A stretch of 64,000 nt of DNA from Phoronis australis (lineage: Eukaryota > Animalia > Phoronida): NCBI GenBank assembly GCA_002633005.1, contig NMRA01000286.1, positions 150,143 to 214,142 of the forward strand. The letters are read 5' to 3'. Shown here one piece after another: positions 1 through 12,900 of the stretch; the first letter of the stretch is position 1, and each line of letters starts with the position of its first letter. The notes under the pieces were generated by a model. It had not been told where the DNA came from and searched no databases. It was given only the letters and a program-made list of their open reading frames with translations. Both the position numbers and the translations under genes were made by a program.

Positions 1-838
1 TGTGTAGTATCTTGAAAGTTATATTAAACGTTGCTTCGGTATTATGAATATTACTTCGCGTCATCCAGTTTCACACAGCGGTGAGTGTTTTGATTCAACT
101 TTATGTTGCGTCTCATGGAATCAAGTCCGGAAATAAGGAAAGTTAACAGTTCTTGCTTTCTATACTTGCACTGTGGCCGAAGTGGTTTTATTTTCTACTT
201 TACCGCTTCACATTTATTTTATCTTACTTAGAACTTTGCCATTTTTGACCTGCTGGTCTAGCTGTAGAATTTAACTCAGCCTTATTATAGAAATTCCGTA
301 GAAGTTGATTTTTGACTTGATACCAAACTGCCACTAACTTGGTCATGTGATCTTGCTTTTTAGGAAAATTTAACAAAAAAGAAATTTGCATTCAAAGCAA
401 AACTACATGATCAATAACATGACCAAATTTCGTATGATAATGTTCAAGATAAAATCTCAGATGATGTTATAGTTTTCTAAATCATCGTTTCATTTTCGTT
501 TTATGCAACTTTAATTTTTTTTTACAAAAATCCTGTAAGCCTTGTTTTTGATAGCCCTAGTGCAAAAGTGGAACATTTTAAAAACAATTCCTAGCAGGCT
601 TTTGAGAACAGTGTATAAAGCATAGTATCTGAAATTTTCATTTGAATCCGATCAGGTATAATGTTCCCAAGTTGGCTAAAATTGAACATTTTTCTAAGGT
701 CCTTCATATTAACCTTAATAGGAAGTTGAATTAAAATTCTCAACCCTCACAAATATTGATGCATTATGTGCTGTGAACTTATATTGTTTGATAAGATTTT
801 GTTTTCATTTTGACTGTAATAGTTATTCTTTTTTCTAG

Positions 839-960
839 GTCTTTATGAGTTAACACATGACAACATTACAGAACACCCAAGCACTATCAACATCCTGGAG
901 CGTTTCAACATTTACCAAGAGGTGGTGCTAGGGGTCATCTATAGATATTTTAACATTCAG
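839..960 (+). CDS. DPY19L3: DPY19L3-like exon (GLYELTHDNITEHPSTINILERFNIYQEVVLGVIYRYFNIQ)
   Basis: ttttctag acceptor, gtgag donor; TINxLxRxNIYQEV motif. Confidence 0.92.
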
Positions 961-3900
961 GTGAGCTTTAACCTTCAAAATGTCTGTTGGTAATCCGCCC
1001 TGGATGGGAAAACACTGTTAAGCAGGAAGACAACCAGTTTTATTGTCATTTTTGGTTTAATTATGATTTTCTGGTTATTCTAGATCAATTGTCAAGGTCA
1101 TTAAATTACCGAATCATTCCCGGCCAGCTTCGTTTTTCCAAGTGGAGTCAGCGACCACTAAAACACAAATCGTGTTCATGGTGAAACTGTGCTGGTTGCT
1201 GGTCTTGGAGGTGGCTGTGACTATTTAAACACACAGGTGATACCAACTTTGTGGCCTTGAGTTACTATAATAGCTGCAGCTTGCGACACTCCTAATAGGT
1301 GGCGATGGAACACAGAGGGGTAGTAACGACGACATGGTACCCTTCTTCAGAACATATTTAGTAGGTGCATTTGTGATCTCTGGGTATGCATCCCTTTCGC
1401 AATCCGATGGTAAGAATTGTTTGCTCGACTCATGATAGTTTTGCACTGTTTTAGCCGCAGTGGCTTGAATAGGAAACATTGTATTCTTGAGTGGAACAAG
1501 TCAACTCAACAGATTTTGTTTACCAATGGAAATCAGTGAAACAGAACTCCTCTGTTTAAGGTAAGAGTTGGATATAATATGGCTGCAATTTGAGAAATGG
1601 TGTTCTCCACAGGCATCACACCAGACCTCAAAATGTGAGAATGTTATATCCAACTATTTCTTATGATGATTGCATCTTGGTACTCAACTTCCAAGCATAC
1701 TGAATAAGACTCAGAGAAAGAAAAATAGTCCGAGGTGCATATAAACAAAGCTGTTGGAGAAGAATAATTTGGGTTGCAAACACATGCATAATTAATTAGA
1801 ACCTGGGTAAAATTCATTTAATGATTTATCTAGGTTAACTAAAAAATTGTAATTAACCAATATTGACACTAAAATGGTTGTCTTCCCTTTTGGTGAATAG
1901 ATCTGGTTTCCCATGCATTATTCTATCAGAATCATTTCTTCAGCTGGAGGTCCAAGGAGTGACTGAGCATAAATCTTATATTGAAGGGAGATCAGTCTTG
2001 AAGTACAAGACTAGAACAATATAGGGTTCTATAGCTCAGACTAGAACCAGAGAGGGCTCTACAATGGCGGATTAAGAGGGGGGCCAAGGGGACCATGACC
2101 ACCCCTAAATTCTTCCAGATTCCATTGGGCAGTTCCGGGGTGCAAATGTCTGATGGGCAAAATCCTGGCTAATACTCTGCCCTGCCCCCCCCCCTCCTAT
2201 TCACTCAAAATCTTGGATCCGCCCTTGCTATAGCTCAGACTAGAACAAGATAGGGTTCTATAACTAAGACTAGAACAAGAGAGGGTTCTATAGCTAAGAC
2301 TAGAACAAGAGATGGTTCTATAGCTCATACTAGAGCAAGATAGGGTTCTATGGCTCATAGAATATGCCATGAAACTAATGTGTTCCTCCAATGTGTTTCC
2401 AGACAGAGCCGATCTATTTCTACATCCGCACTGTATTTAACCTTCAAGGTGTGCTGGTTGGCGCCGTCTATGTGCTAACATGGATGTTATCTGGAAGCTG
2501 GCTGAGTGGTTCCCTGGCGGTGCTCTTTTATCTTGTCAACAGGTAGCCACGGGGATAGCATTTGTTACAGCATGTCACATACACTCAGTTCTCTCACGAT
2601 GTCATCAGTAATACACGTTAAAGTCTGGCCATTTGAGTGTTAATCGTTGAGTGTTAGTCGTTGAGGGCTAGTAGGTTAGTACGTTGTATCTGCACTCACA
2701 GAAACAGGGTTATCAATAACTTAGTCAAACAAATGAATGCAGAATGTTATATGCAGTATACACAGTTACTACACACAAAATATATCAACACCGTTAGACT
2801 CTCAATCACTGGGTGACGGGCAAATGTGTAATAACAGAAGGTGTGGAAAATCAATGGTATACAAGCAAGCTATCCAGACTCAACTACCAACTTGTGTTTG
2901 CCTCTAAAACTATCAGAATACAAAGTTTAATTGGTTTACCACAAAACCCTGGAGACTGACAAACTGGTGCCAACGGGTGCTTAGATAACACTAAATGTGT
3001 ATTCTGCTTTGGTGCTACTTAGCAATATGTGATGACAAATATTTTTAAAGTCTGCCATGTTTTGTCCTAAGTTGGTGAGATTTACCTCATTCTTGAATCT
3101 GTACTTGCAGGTTTTTGCAGTTTTCAGGGCTTGTAATTTTCCTTTTTTTGGTTTCGATTTCCTCCTATTTGATTTCAAGTTCTCTCTTTTTGTCTTTTTT
3201 CCTTATTTTGACTTTATTCATACTGCAACACACACAAGCCCATTTATTTGTGGAATTAATATTACCTGGAAAAAATTTTCTTCTTTTTGTCATTGGTCTG
3301 GAATTTTTATCAGAAATCAGTTTTGATAACACTGAGTCTATAAAACTGTTGTCTTCATTTTTCACAATGCAAAAACTTACCAGAAAAACATGTCACAATA
3401 GAAATGTCACTGTGATAACATTTTATTTGGACTTCCCTTGCAGTTATGAGCCAAAACGCTGGCACTTTTTTGTGCGCCTGCATATTTTAATGTGGGTGCA
3501 TGTTGCCGTGATCTCTGTCTGGGTGTCCGGAATCTGCAGCTGTATCTCCTAAGCCCCTCACAGGATCTTGATGAGATTTGGCAGATACATTCCTTTCACA
3601 CTGACAACAGATGACGACAAATTTCAAACGAGTCCAACTTCCGGTGTGCCCCCTAGTGGCAATTTTAGTTTTTTCACTTTTACCTCTGTATGGATTTTTA
3701 TGAAACTTGTCACATAGGCACTTATTAAAGATGACGCTATCCATTTTCGGATGGACTCAAGATATTTTCTGCCACTTAGTGGTCATTTTTACTGTTTTCA
3801 AGTTTGTTTTTTGGCGTCCACCCATCTGTCAACCAAAGGATGTTTTTAAAAATTGGCATTATATGTTCTACTGTGAAGAGGACAGCTGACAAATGCTGTG

Positions 3901-6900
3901 CCCCCTGGTGACAATTTCATTTTTTTCCATTTTCCTCTGTTTCTCTTAAGTTTCTTGACGGATTTTCATGAAATTTAACAAATAGCTTTCAATTAAAGAA
4001 AAAATGGCATGTTCCCGTTTTTGGATGGATTTGAAGTATTTTGCGCCACCTAGTAACCATTTATAGGATACAAATAAACACCTCTTGATGCACACTGTTT
4101 GCAGTGCATTTGTGGGTGCATTTCAAGGCTACACATTGCTCTTGTCTAACAACAAAAGCGTGTTACTTATTGTTCTTAGTGGTGTTCTTTTATCATTGCA
4201 GGATGGACGTCACTCGAGCTGACTATAGTATTCCATTAAGAGAAAACTGGTCCCTGCCTTTTTTGTGGCTGCAACAGATTTGTCTCACCTACTATTTTAG
4301 AAGCACAGTGTCAGTAAAACATGTAAGTAAGGTGCTTAGGCTTTAAATGGCAATTTCTCAATTTTTTACTGCTAAGACATGGTTAATTTTGAGTCCACAC
4401 ATACGAAAGACTAGTTCTACACTTGTAGGGTAATGTTTAATGACAACTGAATGACCTTTTACACAAAGCAACTGTTAAAATGTTATTAGCACCAACTGGA
4501 TACTTTGGTCTGGTGTACAAGCTGAAATGTAATCGGCCGTAATCTTTCTTACAAAAGTGCTAACGCATCACACGATTCAGTTGACTATTTAGCTAAGAAA
4601 TGCTTAATTGTCATCAAGGTCGGGTATGCCATGAATGGTTCAGTTTTGAAGATAGTAATAAAACAGACCGATCGAATTTTACTAGTAAAACAATTATTAC
4701 TCAGTCTGATAGAACAATTAAAATCAATGTAATTCTATTCAAGGTTTTGAGGCACCAAACTTGATTTAATTGAAACTTGACTCAAAAATCCACCAATCAC
4801 ATGTTTCACTTTCACATTTCTTGGTATTTAGCATTTCTGGAAAATTATTAAAAATGGTTGTTTCAGTTTATTTTTCCTAAGTTAATGAACTCGACAATGT
4901 ATCCAATTAAAGCAATGTTTCCGAGTCTGAGCTGGCTGCCTGATGTTGTGGAAAGCAAGAGGCGTCATATACACAAAGGATTTTGAGATCATAGTGGCCA
5001 TCCCGAGCAACACTTCATTTTCGCAGCATATTAAACAGCCTGAAGTTCACTGTATCAAAGTTACGAGTAAACAGATACCGTCCATCCAAAATCAGCATCA
5101 AGCTTACGAAGCTGACGACTGATTACCTGTGACCGTTTCTGCTGGATTTTGTGTTAAAAGGCTTGTTTCCTAAAAATCTCAGCGATGCACACACATTGAG
5201 TTACTATTTACTACAAGGTATATTGTGTGTCATTTGATATTGATTATTTCCCCTTGACGTTTCAGTATGGCTGTATAGCGGCCATCTTCCTCTGTACATT
5301 CCTCTTCAACATCACTTGGCAGTTTACGCAGTTCACCCTACTTCTCCAATCTATGGCTACATTTGGAGCCTGGGCACTCATGTTTATTTCTACCAAAAAG
5401 GTGTGTTATATTTATTAATCTTAATAACATTATTTACGCAAAATTGTTTAAAGACACGACAAAGCTGTCTGTTTTCAACTCTAATGCACCCTTTCTAAAA
5501 CTCACGGCATATTTGTCGATCCCAAAAGAGAAACAATAGGCATTTCTTCTTTAAGGTTAATTTGATTGTCAAAGTTGGTTTTACTGATGAGACTGTAACA
5601 TCTCTCCACAAGCTCATCTTGTGGCTTAGTTTACTTTGGACAAGCTTTCATCTGTGTTCACATATGAACTGTTTGTTATGTGATCTACTGTTGCTCTTTT
5701 GAGGATCAGCAAATATACGGTCAGTTGGAGAGGCTTGTATCGAAGTTGTAAATAACCTCCACTAGTGTTTCTTCAACCAATTTTGTTGCTGTTGAATTGT
5801 TCTAACTTTTTTTATTAGTTTGTTAACTGTAACATAGATGGCGTAGTCTGTTCAGTTTGGTTGCGTGTCCTGCCCAAAGTCTGAGTAGGTAATGCGAAAA
5901 GAAAATCTTGACTTTAACTGACGTCCCTTGCACAGGCTGCACTTGGGGCCAATAATTTGCCAAAACAGTATCAAAATATGTGTATTTAATTAATAAATTA
6001 GCAATTTGTCTATCGTTACTGAAATCTACTGGCACGATGGCGTTGCAGTAACCAACGCATGTAAATCACTGGTACAAAAAGGTACAAAGTTGTTTTGTCA
6101 AAAATTAAACTTTTTGATATTTTGACTTACAAAACATGGTGCATTTTGATTCAAGATGACGCTTCAATGTCATTGGTCAGTGGTGACTACCGTTGCAGGT
6201 GGTAGTGATGTACATATGCATCTTCATCTCTCTACTATGCGTGTGTGCTCTGCAGTTCTTTCACAAGATGATCCTCGGTTCTCTCGTCGTTGCCTTCATT
6301 CCTGCTGCCTTCATAGTCATGGCTGTTTCGGTCAGTATTTCTTTGCAACCCGTTTCATCAAAAGTATTAATTACCTAGTCAGAGATTTTGTTAAGTGTCT
6401 GCCATCGGACTGTGTCTGATTTACTTTCACAATATCTGATTGATTTTAGTTAAGTCCACGCATTTGCCCGATTTAGTTCTGGGAATGTCAATGGCACTTT
6501 TATTTCTACTGCAGTAACTGTCCTCTCCTTAGATGGGTGTATACACCACTTCACGGCGCCGCAGACTCTGGGTTTTTTGTGAAAATTTGAACTCCAAGTT
6601 ATGGAATCCAGTATAAACTCCTTCAATGGGGAATTTTGTTTGGCTGATTTTCAAAATGTCCTGACACTTAGGGAAAAAAGGTCCAGGACCTAGAAAAAAT
6701 AGCAAAATCTCTGCCCAGTATTGCATTGTCATTATATACCTTAACTGATGGAGGACTTTTGATAATGCAAAATATCTTTTCTTCAATTTGTAGATTATGT
6801 CTGTAATAGCGAACTTTTCAGGTTATTTTTTTACTGTAGACTTCGTACTGATTGGAAGTTGGAAACAGCAATTCCTTTTGTTTGAAATTGATCAGTTGAT

Positions 6901-9900
6901 TTATTACATCCTTTTCTTTCAGGACAAACTACAGCTGAAGCAACAGAAATCTGGTGTAGTTAAATCACTCGCCGTGGTCTTCACAGAATCTGTCTCAGTT
7001 CTCACCCTCATGATTGTTATTAGCACCCTGATTAAGGTAATAAAAATCGATGTGGAAAAAACAGTAGATTAAATAAGTCCAGTGAATTGTTGTGGTGCCT
7101 AAACTCAATATGCTTTGAGCAATATTCTCTTGCTTTTAAATGGAACTAGCAAGCTAATTCATAATCTCTGTGATTCCTTGGCCAAACTAGTTGAATATGA
7201 AGTAGGTTGAAAATTGCCAAATGTTTCTAATAACGAAGTTTGTGGCGAAAATGATCCGCCGCCAAATCAGAGAACAGTGTCCAGTGAGTATCGTGACGTG
7301 GTGCTGGGGAATAACACTGCATGATGTGGGCTATGTGAGCTCCTGAGGTACGTTATTAGTGCAAAGGTACCCTGTTTGCAGAATTTTTTATTTCACATTT
7401 ACAAGTTGTCAATGAATACAACTGCACTTTGTTTAGAGAAGATGATGTTCAAATAGCATAGATTGCCGTTTAGTTCCTGCTATACATTAGCATACTTAGT
7501 AGCTTGGAAATACGTCTTTAACCTTTAGCTAGGTATTCAAAGCTGATACAAACCCTGCCTTCTGTCAAAAAAACCTTAACAGTAATTTCGATTTAGACTT
7601 CTTACCTCTCTCAAAAGTGCTTACTTAGAGTAGAAATGATTACTGGGTTTGTGAAGAATGGGCTCGACATGTCGAGTTGACCCTCCGGCTGAGCGCGGCC
7701 TTAAGAAAAGTTGAACTGCGACGTCTTTCCAAACCCAGAAATCACTTCTAACCTAAGTGAGGGATAATAAGTGGTCAGAAGGCTTGTTTACAGCTGCTTT
7801 AAAATTCTATGTTTTGTGCAATATTTAGTAATGACTGGCAAAATATTCAACTAAGGACTGAGTGAAAATGATGAGAAGATGGTACAGTTTTTATGGTATT
7901 TTGTATTTTGGAGAGGAATCTTCCTCTTGAAGCGTATGTTCAATAATTGTCTTGTGTCTTGTATTTCTAGGAAAATTTAAGTTGGAATTCGACCTTTAAT
8001 ATCGCAATGAAATGTGATTTTTGCAAAAGTGTGACTTATTTCCAGTCAAAATTACCTTGAATTACTCAACTGCATTCAAGCTGCAAAAAGATTGTAAATC
8101 AAATTTATTCTGTCTCGGATTAAACTTAAATTTCTTTCAAGTTCCTGACAAGTTTTGATTAGTTGTTTAATAAAAACCCAGCATGCTGCCAAAGAGTTTC
8201 TTTTTGCAGCCAAAATTTGCCCAGTCGCGCTCTATAAGTTTTATCCAACAGTAACCATTTTGTTGTAATTTTCACCTTACTGTACCTTTTTAACATGCTT
8301 TCCGTGTAGTCCAGTTCTTTCGTTTAAAAATTTCTCTAATTAGCAAATACTTACCTTATCCGAATAAATAGCATCAGGCGTGTGATGGAAAGTCTGATTC
8401 TCTCTCAACAGGCTGTAATTCAGTTGGATGCTGACGAGCATATCTTCAAGTTTGTTCTCAACAAACTGGGACTAGGCACGTATTCGCTTGACTTTGATGT
8501 CCGACTATATATGTGTAATGGAGCGTTCGAGGCCCTACCCTGGGACACGTTCGGCAGGCTGACGTCAAATTACATGTTTCCCTGCTATGCCATTTCTCAC
8601 GCGATACTGCTGTTAGCAGTTGTGTGGGGTTTTGTACAAAGGACAAGGTACAGTGTCTGAAATGCATTCTGTAGCCCTGCAGTTGTGATGAGAAATCTTC
8701 ATATTCAGTGAACAGTGAATTCTGATTCAGCATCCCAACCTCGCCGACCAATCACTGTAGTGGCCACAATTTTGCTAGGCTATGTGTGTAACACTTCGGT
8801 TTCACTCCCATGGTCTTGAGTAATTTTGCAAGTTGTTTACTTCACGGAATTTGTGTACCTCCGACAGAATTGTAGTCATAACAATGCCACTTTGTCTCAC
8901 GTACCATGAGTCATCACAAAGTTAATTCAGTTGTTGTATGTAATTTTATTGTTATGATCACATACTTTTCGTGCTAGGAACTTGGTGTACAGTACGCACC
9001 CTTGGTAGTCAAGGCCGCTGGGTCAACTATTACATAAACAACATGAAAGTCCTAGCTCCAAGACAACCAGACTTTACTTGAGACAACTTGAAAATCAACC
9101 AGTTGTGCATCGTGCTTTTAGTAAACTTCCAAGTATCACGTGATGTGATTGGTCAATATTTGAGTTGAGTTATGATTAAAGATTGGGGTGTGGTTTCGGG
9201 GGCATGGTCGTGGTAAAAATTTAATTTCATTTATCCAGTGTATTCTTCACTCCAAAAGTTTCTGCCAGTGGTCAGGAGTAATATTTCTTTACCAACCACA
9301 AACAGCTCAACTTCAGTGTAAACACTTTCTTACAATCAGATAAGTGACCTTTATAAAATTTTCTTACGAGTTAACAGAGTTGTAGGTCAGTAATTGATCA
9401 AAGAGGTACATTACCTGTGACTTGATTTAATTAAACTATTATGGGAAATTCTGTCAAATATCAATGCTTAGTTTGTTAGCATCAAACACATGATTGTATT
9501 TAATTGTAAAACGCTCGTTTTGATTTGATGATCTGTGTAATATCTTGTTTGATAATTGTTTCTTGTTTTTCTGACAGGGTTAGCCCATCGGCCAATTGTC
9601 CTCTGTTTTCTGACTGTCCAGAGTGGACGTTCCATATCATCCAGTGTGTATTCTTCGGAGCGCTTGCCATGTCCACTCAAAGAATGAGGTACTTCTGGAT
9701 ACCCTACATGTGTATCCTCGCCAGTGCCGCCATATCTCACCGTGCATTCTGGGATGTGTTATGGGACAAACTGGCGGGTGGAAGGGACCTTGTTCGTAAA
9801 CTAGGGGTATGTAAAATCTGTATAGCATAATAGCTTTTATCCTATATATGTTTGAATATGGGTCTCATTGGGACATTTCGAGATGAAATGAATTCTCTAT

Positions 9901-12900
9901 AGGATATAGCAATAGTATTCCTGTGTGTGTGGGATAATATTCCTATGTGTGTGGGATAACCTATATTTATTCCATTATTGTCTTCTACATATTACAAGGG
10001 GAATGAACAATGTTTTCAACTGGCCTGTTAAGTGACATATGAATGAAATATTATAGTCAACATCAACCCACGACAACCAAATTTTATTCACTACAAAACT
10101 ACTGGAAAGTTGATGAATCAAGTGACAGGCCTCGAGTAGACGTTCAGTTTCCATGCCTGTTGTGATATGTCATTGTAAACTACTGGAAAGTTGACGAATC
10201 AAGTGACAGGCCTCAAGCAGACGTTCAGTTTCCATGCCTGTTGTGATATGTCATTGTTAATGTCGAGTTACGGATAGAGTTTGGTGGTCTCAAGCCCCGG
10301 TTAGCTCTTCAACTCTGTAGTATCAATATAATAAGGGGAGGGGAAAATGAATACAAGATAAGTACGGTATGAAATGCACCTGTATTCTCCATCTGTATAA
10401 TACATATCAAATCAGAACCTGCCAAATCCTGCTATTCATTCCGACCTCCCTTTTATCCCATTTGCCCCTGCCTGTCTGTAGTCATCATAGATTTTTTACA
10501 CAGCTGCATATCGACACAAAAGTGATTTTACAATAATTTATACTGCTAGAGAGTGAAGGTGCATTTCATGCCTTGTTTGATCTTTATTTTAGTATCGTGT
10601 TCACACATGCATTGACTATATAATGACTTGCTGGTCAACTTCAGCTAACAGTTACTCGTTCTCCTGTTGGTGTTCCAGTCAGTAGCAGCACGCCACTTAG
10701 TTGCGGGTCTCTTGATTGCAGTCATAATTGGTCCAGTAAGTTGACATCTATAATTTTCCTAAAAACTCTAATTTTATGTGTGTAATAAAACTATAACTGT
10801 ATCATCTGGTCTTGATGAATGTTAAAAGGGATTTCATCACAAAGGCTCCATCATATGGATGTTATGATAATCAAACGAGGAAGTTTTCCGCGTGTAATGT
10901 TCTTTATTATATTCGTTTATAATGTGTCCACTAGTAAGTGCTTAGTAATACTATCATTAGAATAATAGAAACAAAAGTCATGTCAGTGTATGAACTTCTG
11001 ACACCATAACCTCTGGTTTCATAGTTTCAAATGAGTTCTGTCTGTTTGCTACCCTCGTAGGTTACTGATATATTTCCTTGAGGTTTTTATAAAAGCTGCT
11101 TTGAGCAAAGGTTCCAACTGTAGATGACTCACTGTTGCACTAACCCAGACCATGCAATTTAGTCCTTGAATGAACACTTCTAATGTGAGTAAAATGGATG
11201 CAGTTCTTTTTTCATGGCCGGTTTTTCTACATCTAAATAACTCAATTTTTAAGCTTGTGACACGATTAATATTAGACTTTGCCATTGTGATCTTGTGCAC
11301 CTTGGGAACATGTTTTCTAGTGTGTACATGCATCTGTTTAAAAATGTTGCTGGAGTTATCGTTTCCAATCAAAGGTGTTGAACATTTATTTAATCATGAG
11401 ATGTTGAAAATTGTAAAATTTCCATGCACTCAAGGTCTAAAAATTAAATGATAATACTGTGCCACCCGCCACTTGAATCAGTGATACATGTAATATAGGT
11501 CGCTGATTCACTGGTCGTAGAGACATTTCTCATGACATCTTTCTCTCATTCTTCACCAAGACACTTTTGATGTTTAGTGAGCTAGGAACAAGTTAGCGCA
11601 CCTGTTGTCAGGATATGAGTGAATAGCTCCAGTATGGAATGCTTGAATGACAGGTTTTTGTTGGATAATCACCCTAACATTGATAGGTCCTTACTCATGC
11701 TGTCTGTAGTAATATACAATGAAATTATGGAACTTAAAAATCAGGTAATGGTGATTCCGAATTTCTCATTATATACTGATGATTGTTTATTTTTGAATCA
11801 CAAAAAATGAAGAAGTAGTTTTATGTTGAGGTCACATTTAAAAGCTGCTGGTCACTTGTGTGTGTTGATAGTGGACAATGGGGTGCATTGAAAACTCAAT
11901 AACTGAGAAAGACCTCATCGCAATTTCTGCATGTTCATTGTATGCAATGGTTGTTAAACAAGAGAAAGTTGTATTGTGCCTTAATGAGTTTATGACTTAA
12001 ATTTTTGTTTTTCAAAGCTGGTGAGTAATGCCGAAGCAGAGCTGAGCAACTTGAGAGAATTCTATGATCCAGACACTGTAGAACTGATGGAGTGGATAAA
12101 GTAAGTCAGGTTACAGAACTTGACGAATGTTCTTGGGCAAAATATCATTTCCCTGTCTTGAACGTTAAGTTTTTTAACAGTGAAAGTAACTGGCATTGAC
12201 TGAGACTTATTTTCCTGTGAATTCCCTTTCATTCTGGACCATGAGGGAATGTCAGTTTAACTATGAATTTGGGTTCTGCCCAGCCATCATGACGTGGATT
12301 TCCAGGTCATTTTGTCTGAATATGTTTAATGTGAACTTTACACAGAATGGTAGGAAGTGATATATATATATATGACTTGTCAACCTTGAGCAAAACTGCT
12401 GTTGAAAAGTTTCTGTCATTGATCAAACAACACTTGGAAAATTATTTTTTAACGTTGAGATTTTGAAAGAAGTTGATTATAGCCATTATCTTTACTGTAA
12501 GCAGTTTTGAAATGGGTGACGGAAGAGTTCTCTTATAAACTATTCTTATGAATTTTCCAACTCCAAATGTCACAGTTATAATGAAATGTTTACATTTAGT
12601 TCATGATTTTTCAATCTCAAATTAGGTATATAGTAAAAGTTATGCCTATAACAAAAGGCCGTGACCCACCCATCATCATGACGACAAGCTCTCATTGAGA
12701 ATCACCTTCACAGTCAAGTTTATAGTTCAAATTAAAACTTGTTGACATAGCAGTGTAGTAAGCTTTTTAAAAAGGGACAAATTTTTGGACAATTTTTTGT
12801 TGAAAATTGAAGAAACTTAATCAGATATTAGGCTAAAAGCATACTAATTGGTTCTGGCTTGTGGTTTTTTGAAAATCGAGTCATTGGTGTAATATTTTTT

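Noticed and set aside
1225-1479. 84-aa minus-strand ORF as a nested gene
   Set aside because: No recognisable motif or supporting splice structure
2981-3744. Cluster of hydrophobic ORFs resembling a membrane protein
   Set aside because: Frames of a T-rich interspersed repeat and a HINE start inside a DPY19L3 intron
10265-10310. tRNA or tRNA-derived SINE
   Set aside because: Only a vague B-box resemblance; no cloverleaf or A-box
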